Position numbers and translations under genes: made by a program. From contig LSRY02000027.1 in NCBI GenBank assembly GCA_001643675.2, forward strand, positions 434,001-498,000: a stretch of DNA of 64,000 nt, read 5' to 3'. This document shows, one piece after another, positions 36,739-50,400 of the stretch (position 1 is its first letter; the number at the start of each line of letters is the position of its first letter). The notes beneath the pieces were generated by a model. The model was given only the letters and a program-made list of their open reading frames with translations, ran no database searches and was not told where the DNA came from. This stretch comes from Monocercomonoides exilis PA203. Lineage: Eukaryota; Protista; Preaxostyla.

Positions 36739-37895
36739 ATGGATTACGATGATGAATGCGATATACATCTTGGAACATCAATTCCTCATCCTCTACTAAG
36801 AAAGCCTTTGGTTGGTAGAACAAAAGTTAATGCTACAAAGGGGATTAAAGGCGATGAAACATTTGGCAGACCAAGCCCCAAAGGAGAAATTGGAGTTGCA
36901 GGATGTGTGCTTATTTTGCATTCATATTAACGAACATTACATTATATAAATTTTTTATTTCAATTTCATTATTAAGTGCTTCATCATCAAGAATTTAAAG
37001 ATCCTGCATTAATTCACCGAGAACGCAACTTTCGAAAGTTAAATAAAGAGGCAGCGAAAGTATTTCTTTTTCATATTTTATAACTATTAAATATATGCAA
37101 ATTTGCACTTCGCAGATGGGAGTGACAACTTCAAGAGGAACATATGAGTTTCGAAAAGATCATGATTACAAATTGGAAAAGCCAAAAAAAGAGTTCAAAA
37201 GCCACAATCCTGGAATGTATGATCCAGAGTATACATTTGGAATTTCCACAAAGCCTGAAGGATATACAAAAACACTGATCGAAGGAGGATTTGGAAAAGA
37301 ATGGCTTGAAAAAGAAGTTTCAAGGGACATTGCAAGATCCAGAAGCTTATCTCCTGTTTGTATTTTTTTATTGTGAATATTCTGTTTTGAGTAATGCTTT
37401 GAAAATTTGCAATAATTTTTATTTTTATTTAATTTATTAAAAAAGAAACGCACATATTCAGTTGTAGTCAATCCAAAAGTCGGAAAGAGAGGAGGATTGG
37501 GTCAGTCAACTAAAAGTCCCTTGGACGAAGCTGAAGAAGCTCTGGCCGAAAAAGATAGAAAACAAGCAACAGAATCTTTTAAGATGAGGCAGTTTATGGA
37601 TGCCAAGCCAAAAGTTTCAACACGCAGATATTCTCCACCGCCTCGTCTTCCTCGCCTTAAGAAAGATTGGGAAACAGGGGAATTAGTTGAAGTTGATCCG
37701 TCAGAAGACAAAGTTGATGTTTTCCCTCATCTCAAACATGCACATTCACAGAGGCGCTGCCAGGGGGCACATCATCATATGAATCAGAGCCAAGGAAGCT
37801 GCGAAGGACAATGCACAGGGAAATGTGAAGGAGAAGAGTGCTATGAAGATTGCCAAGAGAAATGCGAATGCGATGATGGGTGCTGCAGGCATTAA
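36739..37895 (+). CDS. CFAP77: CFAP77 (C9orf171/DUF4483 family) with a Cys/His-rich C-terminal extension
   Basis: Spliced HPLLRKPLVGRTK...TFGRP...RNFRKLNKEAAK|MGVTTSRGTYEFRKDHD...TFGISTKP...FKMRQFMDAKPKVST resembles recalled CFAP77 motifs; three GT-AG introns. Confidence 0.75.
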
Positions 37896-38405
37896 ACAAA
37901 ACCAGAAAGAAGCTGAAACGTTCAGCTTATTTTCACTAGCAATAAAAGTGGTTATTACTGTGATATTCCTGTTTTTTCTTCTATTATATCTTCAAAGTTT
38001 CATCAAATATGATGAATGCTTTGCTAAATTCTCATATTCCATTTTTTCTATCAATATTTCTTCCTTTACTGCATGACTTATAAAAATTATTTTCTTTGAT
38101 GTTCTTTTTTGCATCTCATTTCACTTGCGAAAGTTTGCTTGGCTTCTTTCACATTCAACGTTACTTTTTTCATCTCTGAATTAATTTTATAAAAAAAATA
38201 ATTTTTCAACCTGGAATTATCAAATATTTTTATTTTTTTATAAAAATTAAATATTAATCGAAAAAAAAATAATTCATTAGAATTCATTCAAAAAATAGAA
38301 CAAGATAAATCGACATATCGCACGGGTAAAATGGCAAATGAAATGATGAGAAATAATTGAAGTGAAAAAGATACAACAATGAGAGAGATAAAAAATGAGT
38401 GTTGA

Positions 38406-41400
38406 TTATTGCCTTTTTGGCTTCAAACTTTTGAGCTTGGAAATTTCATTTGGTGATCTTATTGATCGAACTTTCGATTCTCCAACAGGAGGAATATATG
38501 GAGGAAGTTCTCCTTTCACAGAATACAGCCATTGCTTTGTTGATGTTGCAACTGAAACAACACAATTACGTTCGCCTGCATATCGTGTGGGCAGGAATAC
38601 AACAGTAATGAAAGCTCTGCCTTTTTCGTCAAAAGTACCATCGCGTGGTTGCAGCATAAATTCCGCAGAAGCACCAGACCGAAAGATGGCATGGAACGGC
38701 ATTCCAGCATGTGATTCACTGGTGATTTTAATGACTCCATGCGTCTGCTGTCCGACAAGTGCAGTCAAAACTGGCCCTTCCAGTACATCATCAGGTGCAT
38801 TGGTGGCAGTCACCCAGATTGAATATCTCCATCTGCCGCCTCCAATTCTTGGAGATCGCTTCAAAATAACATTGACACGTGTACGCTGACAAGGCAGTGC
38901 CGGATGAAAAGTTACAGGCAGAGTAACAGAAGGAGTTGCAGCATTCATTGCCGAGTGGGCATTTGGAAGAGGATGAATTGGAGTTGTGACAGCAGAAGTG
39001 ACAGCCTCATCTGAACTTTGCACTTCGATTGTTATAAGCGAGCACAGAACCTCGTAAAAGGCAGACAGTTCATCCGCAGTAGGAGTCTCATCTTGCTCAA
39101 ATGATGAACCAAGTCGACCGCCAAGCGCCGTCCCGTCTCGCATGTTAGCAGCAGCTGTGATGTCTCTCTTTTCCTTCTCTTTCTCTTTCTCTTTTTCCTT
39201 TTCCTTTTCTTTATCCTGTGTCTGTTTTGAGGCACTTCCAGGTGTTGCATTTGTGGACTGCACATAATCTGACATGTCTCGATCAGCACCAGCAGCTTTC
39301 AATGCAAGTGTGCCAGTAAGCTCTTGCAGCTTCAAAAAATATGAAGGGAAGGAAGATAAACCCCGAGCAACGCAGTTGTTTATAAAGCCGAAAATGGTCG
39401 ACTTTGTAAGCACCAATCCGTTGAGAGGAAGAACAAAAGAACGAGACGTGGTCGTGCCTGTTTGGGTGATAACTGATAATGTTTGGTATTCGTGCGATCC
39501 TATCATTTCCATTGTGCTTGGTGCAAATGATGAATCTGAGTTCATTGCAGCATCTCCAAGCTCCTGTTTCTTTCTTTCTGTTGCATCCGATCCCATCACT
39601 TGGAGCGTCTGAGGCACCTGTGGGAAGAATACTTCAGAGATGCCCAGTACAGGCTGTGTCCACAGCAGCGGACGCTGCTCTGTGAAGATGCACTGAGTGC
39701 CAAGTGGATGTGACTGATCACCATATGCGCGTGTTATAATACGGCATCGACTGGTGATAAGGCGCGTGGGAGAAAACAGAATTGGCACTTGAAGGACACC
39801 CCTGCCTTCGACATGTATTTTTGTAACGGAGCGAAGAAGAATGGAAAACATTGTATTTTGCTGATAGACCTGATTCACACCAGGAGGAGGAGGTGAACCC
39901 ATCGCGTCTCCTCTTGAGGAGTCTTTTCCGCGCGCTGATTTGGCCAGCGGAGTCAGCTGCCCCGAAGAACCCGAAGCAGTCAGTGCCTGCAGCGCACTGC
40001 GTGAATTAGCTGCAGATACCCCAGCTGCTGGAGTTGTCGGCACAGACACCGATGGAGTGGTAGCACCGTGCGTGCCTGGAACAGGAGGCGAGCTTGATAC
40101 AGTTGAAGGGAACAAAGAAGTTCCTTGCATCGATGGCTGCAGAAGATCCAAGCGGATTGGATCGGACTCCAAAATGATGTCGCAGAAAATTGGATGAGCG
40201 AACGGGTTTGAGAAAGTGATAATTTTCGAAGAAGACTCTTGCATCTGGGCGATTATTTCGATATCTGGAAGGACTGTAGGGTGCTTTCCGTAACCTTTGG
40301 TGAGGAATGAAAATTGTCCTGCTTCCTTTGAAGATAGGGTGAGAATAGCTGTTTCTTCAGCTTCAATCATCGATGGCTGATACCTAACAAGCGCTTGTCC
40401 AATTCCGTGAGGCTCAACAGTGATTGCATTCATTGCCAAGTTCATTCTTGAGTTTTCTGTGGCTCTTGTAATCAAAATAGGATTTTTGCTGGAAGAGGAC
40501 TGCAACGAAGCTGTTGATGCAGCTGTTGAATTTGCCAGAGGAGACGAATTTGGATGCTGCGCAGTTGACATCGGAGGCTGAATCTGTGCTTGTTGACATA
40601 ACACCGAAAATGGAATACCCAACGGAGCAATCGTAAACACAGATGGATTGGTTGATTTGCACTCTAGCTGAATGGGCGTGGACAAAGGATTCTCCACTTC
40701 CACCAGTTGCAGAGCATTCATCCCAAGTTCGCACATCATCTCATCAAGTTCTGTTGGCTCAACATCATCGCACGTCAGACGGATGTTGTACAAGAAATCA
40801 CCAGTTGAAATAGAAGAGAAACAGATCGAGCCATCTTCTCCGTAATAATCGTTTTTGTCTTTCTCTGGCTCTTTGTTTTCATCTGCTTCTTCGTCTTCTC
40901 CGTTCGCATATCTGTCATTTTGCCCAAGAACTTCTGGCTTTTCTTCTTTCTCGTTTGTTTTCGTCTCTTCATTCCCATCATCACTCTTCTTCTTCTCTCT
41001 TCCTGTTGGATGGATAGGCGCGTATATCATTTCATAAGGAGCAGTTTGCTGCGGTTCGAGTGTGAAATATTTCGGTCCAGATAAAGCAGTTCCTCTGATC
41101 TTCACTTCAAACGTGACATTTTCCGTTTGCGATGGGTTGAATAGATTTATGCTCACTGCAACAGGAACACGCACTGTTGTTTCAATATCAATTGTATCTT
41201 CCACATTTGGCTGAGTGCAAATGACAGTCAAGTTGAACCACACACACTGATCATCATCAGTCACAAACATAATCTTTCCTTCCTCTTTGCCGCTGTGTGT
41301 AGAATAAACTGTGATTTCATAGTCTGATGTTCCATATCCGCTTCCACCAGTGCTGCCTCCAGTTGAAATTGAAGCAGGAGTTGAAATTGAGCCGAAAAGT

Positions 41401-44400
41401 GATGATTTCTTTGGTATTTTTGTGGGTGATGCAGGCTCTGGCTGAATGGTAGTGCTTTCATCTCCTCCGATACCATTGCCATTTCCTGCAGTTGATCCAT
41501 AAGAAGTGATGTCTCTTGGATAAACAGTCAAACGCGATTCACCACTGCACGATGTAACATCACAAACCACATTATATCTGCTTGGCACACCTGATGTGAT
41601 GGCTGGCACGCTTATCACTTTCTTCACCTCTTGCCTTGCGATACACTCAATTCTGATCTCTCCTTCAGGAAGTGGATCTTCACCCACTCCGCGCAGCAGA
41701 TAAACAGTTCTTTCTGTTCCAGGAACCATCTGGGGTGACCCTTGTGCTGTAGTGTTGACAAACACCAGCTCTGCTGTAGCATCGCACGCTTTGCGAGGCG
41801 CAAACTGGAGTGGATAGTTGACAGTGCTTCGCGGAGGTACACGCACAGCCTGCGGCCCTTTGAACACGCAGCTGGCTCCGTTGCCGCACTGCCCGTTGGT
41901 CGGGTTGATGTTCACGCGGACAAGCCACTCCTGAATGGTGTTGTTGACTATAGGAATATCCTGTGTGATCGGATGACGTGCAACTGCATTCATCTCCACG
42001 CTGCCCGAAGTGACTGGCATTTGTACTACGCCTTTCACATCAAAGACACGCAGATCAAGTGCTGAACGCAGTAGCAAGCGACAAGTGTATTCGCCTGCTT
42101 GCTTCGGATGGAATGTCAGAGGGAATTTTACAATTGATTGTGGTTGTGATTGTAACAAAGAGGATTGATTTGAAGAAGAAGAAGATGATGATGAAGAAGA
42201 AGAAGATGTGTTGTTCCCCATTCGCGTGCTATTAACAGTTGAAAGAGAGGCAGGAGTCTCACTTGATCTTCCTTTCTCAATGCTCCTTCGTATGTCGAGT
42301 GCCGTTTCCAAAACAATCGGAAACTCCTTTGGCGCAGAAAAGAACGGAGAAGAAAGCTCCACTTTGTACACCAATGACTGTCCAGGAGAAGGATAATGCG
42401 GCATAAGTGCATTGTCCAGCTGTGCTGAATCCAAGCGGAGTGACTCAAGCGCCCTGTTTTTGGTAGACAGGATGCAGTCGTGTGTGGTCGGAGTGTCTGG
42501 CAGTGAGGCAATGGTGAATGTGTCCATTGTACCTGGCATTGTGGCTGTGCCTTCCACTTCGACGGTAAACTCGCCCAACGCATCGTCGCGGAAGAAGATG
42601 CGGCAGGTTTGCACACCGAGGGTGATGGGAGTGAAGCGAACTTGGATGGATGCGCTGCCTCCAAACGGAAGAGACAGAGTTGTCGTGTTCAGGCGGAATG
42701 GAAGATAGTCAACTTTTTCAGCTACATTAAGAGAATGAGGGATGATGCTTGTTGAGTTCGAAGATGAAGCGGAGGATGAGGTAGATGACGAACTGGCTGA
42801 AGTGGAAGAGGAAAGCACAGGACTTTGAGATGATGCTTGCAGAGACTTCGGAGAGAGGGGTTTTCTCATTCTGTCTGGAGAAGAAGGAGATATTGGGTTG
42901 TATTTTGGTGTCATGTGATTTCTGTCAGACTTTGAAGGAGCAGGCGAAGAGGCAGACGCTGTTTGAGAAGATGCCGCTTCCACATCCTTCTTCGTGAGCA
43001 GCTTGGCAACGAGTGTGCAGTCAGAGGGATAAGGATTGGTCACCCTCACATCACAGCAGGTTGTGTTGTACAGAGCAGAAGTGACTGTATATCTCGCCAC
43101 TGGTTGTGGTGGAAGCACCGTCGTCTTCACACGAAAGGCCATTGGAGGCGTCTGAATTCCACTCTGGTTCTTTGGCAGCAGATAGAGATTGGCATACATC
43201 GGCTTTGAGAAGCGAGGCTTGGCAAACACCGTCAGTGTGCCTGTCTTGCCTGGCTCGATGACAAGAGTGGGCGACTGAAGATAGAAGTCAATGGGGATGT
43301 TGTGTTGCTTTGATGAATTTGAGCCAAAACTAGAAGAAGAAGAAGAAGAAGAGGCAGAGGAGGAAGAAGAAGATGAAGCTGACTGACTGTCAGAAGCAGT
43401 AACCAAAGATGCCATTGAAGACGATGTCGATACACTTCCTTGTTCGTTCTCTTCTTTTCCTCTGGCACTTGTTGACGATGAGTTTTCCTTTTCCTGATCA
43501 CGCTCCAGCCTCAGATTGTATGTGAGTGTGTAACGGCCAGGGTTGCTAACATCCACCGAAGTCGAAGACGATATACCAGCACACGTAGGTATCTCAATTG
43601 TTGTCTGCGGAAGGCAGTTCGGGAGCATCAGGTATAGCATGTACACAAACAGCAGCATCGCACGCGGATCCGGGTGGAGAATGTCTGCTTCAGTGAGGAT
43701 GCACTCCAGCCCCAGCTGCTTCACAGAGCTGATGATGCACGTTGCATTGCGCATCCTCTCCTGTGTCGATTGAGGCTTTTCTACAATCTTCATCTTCAGA
43801 AACGGAGCATGTGCACGAATTACATACAGCAGCACCACGCCGTCAGACAAGTCAGCTCCGAAGTTCATTACGAGATGCGGGCGTTTGGGGCTGTTGCGGA
43901 GGAAGTGGTAGCTCAGCCACTTCAGCAGAAGGATCTGAGGGGCAGAGTAGTAATTGGAGGATGCTATCTGCGAAAGAGAGCGGTGCGAGACAAGAGTGTC
44001 TGCCACGTGTGGGGGAAGAGAAATGGGCATCCCAAGCTGCCTGGCAATGTGTGCATTGCCTGGCGGAGATGAGCCGAGATTGTTCGAATGGCCGGTTTTA
44101 TCTCCTTTTGCATTCGAAGGAGAGTTCTGAGATGAAAGAGGAACTAGTTTGAGTCTGTTGCTTTTTTCTTTTTTTGTATTGTTGCCGCCAATTCCAGCTT
44201 GTCCTTCATTGTCTGCTCCAAGAGATAATCCGTTTGTTCCCTTGAATTTCTTCAAGTTGATTTTGGAGAACAAATAAAGCTTGAATATCTGAAAGGCCAG
44301 AAACGTCCAGGCACACGTCGACACGATGTCGAATGCCTCGTATATTTCCTGGTCTCTCTGGAGGGTGTACAGCACGTGGTTGTAGTCAGGGACAGGATAA

Positions 44401-47400
44401 TGGAAAACACTTGCTACGTAATTGTCTGTGCTGAAGCGGATGAAGTCTGAATGCGACAAGAAATGCTCCGCTTTCAACGGTGCAATGAGTGCTCCTTGTT
44501 CTTTGAAGAACACCAAGATCGACTCGTAGTGCCTCAACAGCACGTTGATACGCTCGCTGTGTGTGATTGTGCGGTGCATCTGCTGCTGAATCAGTGCAAG
44601 TGCAGCTGATGTGGGTGAAGAGCCTGCAATCGCCTCCATCGTTCCTCCCAAACTGGACATCACATCAGTCGCCCCACGATGCTTATCAAATGAATGGCGG
44701 AAGGATCCATTAAGCGCTTTCATTGCAACACTTTCGCTGTCCTTGAGCTTACTCCCAGCTGCAGATGAATATGGCATCATCCCTCCAACAGATGATATTG
44801 TCGCTCCTCTCGTTGCTCCTCTCGCTTTCCAGCCGTCTTTGCTTTCTGGTTTGCCCGATGCATTCAACACACTTCCTCGTGTCCCTGGTGCAGTCATCGG
44901 TACATTTTCATCAGCAGCCGAAGGGAACAGCCAGTCAGGGTTGAACTGTGTGGATGCTGTCTGAATCATCTCGCTTGTTGCTCTGCCAGCAATTGCATGC
45001 CCAACAAGTGACTCGATTGCCTCAATGATCGGAAAGCCGTTGAGTTCGATGGCTGAGCCAGGCCACGAGACAAGCTGTGTGGAGACAAGACATGCATTCA
45101 GGAACTTCACAATGATCGACGTGAGAGAAGAGGGAAAATGAGGAAGTCCAAATTGTCCACCAGAGGTCGACATGAACGAGCCATTGGGAAGCTGGCGTGA
45201 TGCTGTTGGTGCTGCTTCTGCTGCAGCAACAGCGGCGCGTGCAGCTGCCTGTGCAGCCAAATACTCTGGTGAGATCTCACTCGACACAGAAGATGCTCCT
45301 CCGCCTCGGACAACACCAGGCTTCATCTTCAGCTGCTCTGTGTCTGGCTGTGCTTGAGAGTTCAGAGAAAGAACAGGAACATTTCTGGTATTGCGATCTT
45401 CTCTTGCACCATCACGAGAAGCAGGATCAAGTGGAGAAGTGGAAGAAGAAGAAGAAGATGATGATGATGAAGGGAACGAGCCACTTTGTCCAACACCAGC
45501 AGCAACAAGACCAGAGCTGACAGCGCCAGACATCAAAGACTCTCCATCTATTCCAGATGGATCCTCTTTCAAATACGGGCATGTATCAATCTTATCTTGG
45601 ACAATGCGGTTGAGGCGGTAGGTGGATAGATAAAAGCCAGATGTGGTGAAGATATCGTTATCAGCAATAGCGTGCACAACCAGCGGGAAGGGATTCGCAA
45701 AGGCATCGAAGAAAGTGATTGTGGTGGAGAATGAAGTGGATTTCTTTGAAGTGAAGAAGATCTCAGCAACCGTTGTCTGCTTGTTGAGGGAGAGGACAAC
45801 ACCTTCAGGAAACGTGATTTTCAAAGGAAGCATCGCAGTGTCTGAGGGAAGCTGGCAATGGAGCTCAATGTTCTCGTACCCGACATTGCGTATGGTCACT
45901 CTTGATTTCGAGGTAAATCCTAATGGAACAGGCGGCAGGATGACTTCCTTTGGCTCAAAGACAAGCATCGGAGGGATGCCCAGTGCAGACACCTGCACGG
46001 AGCAGTACTGTTTTGTGTCGTCGTTCAGATAGAAGGGGATGGTCAGGTCATACGGGCGAGCCTCGTTGGGGAAGAAGGACACGACACACTCAGCTTCCCC
46101 TCCGCTGAGCAGAATGCCTTCCATTGGAGATATCTGGAACACACCAGCAGAAGAAGCATCGTCAAGCTCTCCCAGTCGCACGCTCCATTTCAGTGGCTTG
46201 GAGTCGCTGTTGTGGAGGACAACAGATTGCTTGTGGAGTGGTTTTGAAAGAGAAGACATCACCCGGGGACCAAAGGCGATGGTGCGTGGTGTGATGGTCA
46301 GTGTGGCAGGCACTGCACGCGCAGTCACTGGCTTTGTAAGTGAAAGAGAGGAGGATTCAGACTGGTTGGCAGAGTGCATGAAGAAGAGAGGGAAGTCGTA
46401 GCTCTCCAAACAGCTCGCAGTGAACATCAGATCCAGCTGGAGGATCGAAGACGGCTGGATCTCAATCTGATAGGCAGTCAGCTCTTCTGCACTTGGTGTG
46501 GCTGAAGCGGAGTTACCTGAAAACAGAGCTTGGGTGTTTGCTGCTGCTGAACCAGTCACTTTTTGATCTTTGCTCTTTTTGGCTCTTTTGCTTCTGACAA
46601 AAGAAGACGATTGTTTCATCAGCGTTTCTTTACCTTTTGAAGCAGGCTGCTCAATTCTCACTTTTCTTTCTGCCGTTCCATCTTTTCTTTTTATCTCATT
46701 CAATTTCATTTCAATGCCTGGAACCGTGTTCTGTCTGGCAGAAACAGGGAAATCACCTGAAATCGATCTCACTGAATGCCCCACTCCATCTGTTGCCAGC
46801 TGAGGCTGCCCAAACGCAGACAAGCCGATGGACTGTGGAGAAGTGCCGAGATAATCCACACAGCCCTGAAGAGGCTGATGATACGAGTCAAATGCACCAA
46901 CCCCGTTCCACTTGCCCCACACGTCAGAGGAGGAGGAGGCTGTGCTAAATAAAGCTGATGCGGAAGAAGATGAGGAGGAGGGAGAGAGGATGGTGGATTG
47001 GATGAGCGACGAGGAGCCAGAGGCAGACGAGGATGAAGATGACGGCACAGAAAATGACTGGTCGTATGAAGGAGGATACAAAAACTGTTGTGATTTGTTT
47101 CGGCGAGCGTCTGAATCACTTGGTGAGCTCGCTTCATTTGCATCTTTGTCTCTCTGAAGTTCATCTTCATCGTCTCCATTTTCTTCTTCCTCCTCATTTT
47201 CCTCGTCTTCTTCCTCGCCATTGTAGTAATCTTCTTCTCCTGTGCCTTCTGTTCTGCTTTCAGTGAATTCGTTCTTTTCTTCATTCGTCTGCTCTTCTTC
47301 TGCCTCCTCGTCAATCTTCGATATCTTCACTTTTTTCAGATTTTCCTTGTTCTTTTGTTCTTTCTTCTTCATCTTCTTCAATCTCTGTTTTTCCCGTCTT

Positions 47401-50400
47401 TCTTCCAGTTTCCTTTTCAGTGCCTTCTCTCTTTCTCTCTCGTAGCTCTCCTTCGCAGCTTTCTCCCACCCCATTTCAATCTCCTTCTTCTTCTTCTCAT
47501 TCCCATCACTCAGCTTCAACAAGATAGCCTTCTTCAGATCAACCGGAATAGCCGACGGAGCAATCGGTGTGAGTGTGTTGTTTCTGTGTTCCCGCAGCAT
47601 CGACTGGAAGTGCGACAGCTGCGACGCCGGCCGCCCAACACGGGACGGAGACTCAGACTCCAACGCTGTGGGCGACTGGGAACTTGGATGGTGCGACGAA
47701 AGCGCCGAGACTGCCCCGCCTGCTCGCTCCTTCTGCATCAGAGTGAATTCTGGATGAGATGACAGATCACAATACAACACAGCCGTGATTGAGCCTGTGT
47801 TGGTCAGTGTAACACGCTTCTTCTCTCTGTTTCCCAACACAACATCGCCAAACTCTATTGCGCTTTCGATGATCTCCACATTCGGCTCCAGCGCCTCTGC
47901 CGTCACTGGCAGCGAGAGCTGGTTGCTTCCTCTGACAGACACGTTCAGCCACTCGCTGATCTTGCAGTTGGCAGCTGAACGAAGTGCGAGTGTCAACAAT
48001 GCTGTCCCACCAACAGGAACAACGCCAGTCTGTGGAGACACAATCAACACACTGCTTGTTGCCTCCACAAAGAACACTGCATCGATCTTCCCTGTGTTCT
48101 TCAGTGTGGCATGCTTAATCACTTCTGCTCCCACTGCAAACGCACCAAAGTCGATCTGCTTCTCCACAAACTCCACTTTCCCTTCTGGCACCTCTCCAAA
48201 TATGCGCAGATTGCGATCACCGCCTCCATCCACATGCATCGTGCAGAGTGTCGAATAGCTTGCTGGTGGCTGTGGAAGCGACGTTGGGTCGAATGTGACT
48301 GTGACGGTGATTGAGGAGAATGGAGGAACCTGCCCTCTCTGCGGAGTGATGAAGAAGCAGTCGTTTCTGAGTGTCAGTTCTTTTGACTCCGCTCCCATTT
48401 TTTGTTTGGCTTTGATCTGCTTCTCTCTCATCTCGATCTCTCTCATCAGAGCATTTGGTGAGTGTGGCAGCGTCAGCGAAGCAGGTGTGCTGCTGCTGGC
48501 ATTTCCCCTTGTTGGTGTTGGCGTTGTTGATGATACTGTTGCTGTTGTTGTGTTTCTGCCCATCTCATTCGTGTCATTCCACCCCAGTGATGACTCCAGC
48601 CCGCTCTGCAGATCCATCGGCTGGCACGGCCTCAGCTTGTGGTAGTCCACCGGCTGTCCGTCTTTCCTCCGCCCTCCGCCTGCAAAGATACCTTCCACCA
48701 CACAGGGCGAGGTGTGGTCGCGCTCCCACTCGAAGTCGGCGGGGTGGTTGCCTGGATTGGTCACAGTGATGGTCTCCACCGCAGTGGATGAGAGGTTTGT
48801 GGATGGGAAGGACAAGAGCAGCTCATTCGTGGACAGCTCAAGTGAAATCGGGATGGCTTCTGCTTTGACAGTAACATTGAACACATTCGCTCCGTTGATC
48901 TGCACCAGAATCTGCGCTGAGAATGTCTGTGCAATCTGCGAGACGAAGACGATGTCGAAGCCAGCCATCGCGTTTGGTGGGATGATCTGTGTGGTTGGCG
49001 TGGACATCTGCAGCTCGGCGTTGATGATCGACAGGGTGGCAGACACATTTGAGGACAGATCATTTGCCAGGTTGAGCGAGCGCACAGAACGTGAATACAC
49101 ACACACTTTGCCAAAGTCGATGACTCTTGCTCCGATCGACAGAAGAGACACGTCCTGCGGCGACAGCGCCATCTTCACCTCTTTCATCTCCACCGCTGTG
49201 GTCGGTGCTGACTTGTACTTGTGCTTCACCAGCCGCAGCGTGTCTGTCAGCTGCGGGCGCACTTTTGGCTTCGCGACTGTTTCAGTCTTGTGCTGCGAGA
49301 GAGTGAAGAGAGGCTCGTCCTTCGCCGGCGGCAGACGCGGCTCTTCGTTCTCAGGCGCCACAACTGTGCTGAGTGTGGCCAGTCCGAGCTCTTTGTCGCC
49401 GAAGGGGTCGTAATGAGTGGGCACTATATCCTTCTCAGGATGCCCTTCCTTAACCTCCTGCGGCACTTGCCTCCCGATGCCCCGCACTATCGCTGGCAGC
49501 CCCCTCTCCATCACCACTCCCTCACACGCCATGTGCTTCTTCTTCTTCTTCATTGTCATCGTCTCCTGACTGTCTCCACTCTGCTCAGCATCTGATGACT
49601 CTGTTGTTGAAAGGAGTGTGGTGATCTTCCTCTGCTGTTGCGATGTGCGAAGGAAGTCGGTGTATCTCTGTTTGTTTGCCTCGTATTCAGCAGCAGACAC
49701 AAACCTCCCCTTTTTTCGTGAGGATGCTTCGGCAGAGCTGCTGAGCGTCTGCTTTGAGCCAACTGTTTGGTTGAGTGTTGTGTCTATTGATTCATACAGC
49801 GGCAGCGTCTGCGCCTGCGACTCTGCCAGCTTCTTCAGATCTTCTTTCAGAAAAGTGTGGAGATGCTTCCTTCGCTCCACATCGAACTCGCGCGGCGTGG
49901 ATGCAGAAAGAGACTGCCGCTTAGCCACATTCTCTTCCGTCTGCTGTGTCTGCTGTTGCTGAGACTGTTGAGAATCGTCGATGAATTTTGGAGTGGTTTG
50001 GAAGTCTTCACGTGAGCGGAGTGTGCCTGCTGGAAACGCCCTTCTCTTTTGGAAGTCAGACGGCGCTGCTGTTATCACCCCTCCGGTCTGTGCAATGCTC
50101 GCCTTGGACATCAGCTGCCGCCCAAATGGAGTGGAAAGAGAGACAGAAGAGGAGGACGAGTCTGCAAGCGCTGGAAGGATTGAGGTTGGCGGTAACGGTG
50201 GTGAATGGTAAATGAAATGAAATTATTTATTTTTATTTTTTAAATTTTTTTTCAAAAAGAATCAAAAAATAGAATTTAAATATAAAATTAAATGAATAAT
50301 GAAAAATTAAAAAGGAATTAAAAAAACAGACCTTTTGAACCAGATCTACTTGTTTGTGTTAAAGACTGATTAGTTCTTCCAGTCATCAGAATTGACAGCG

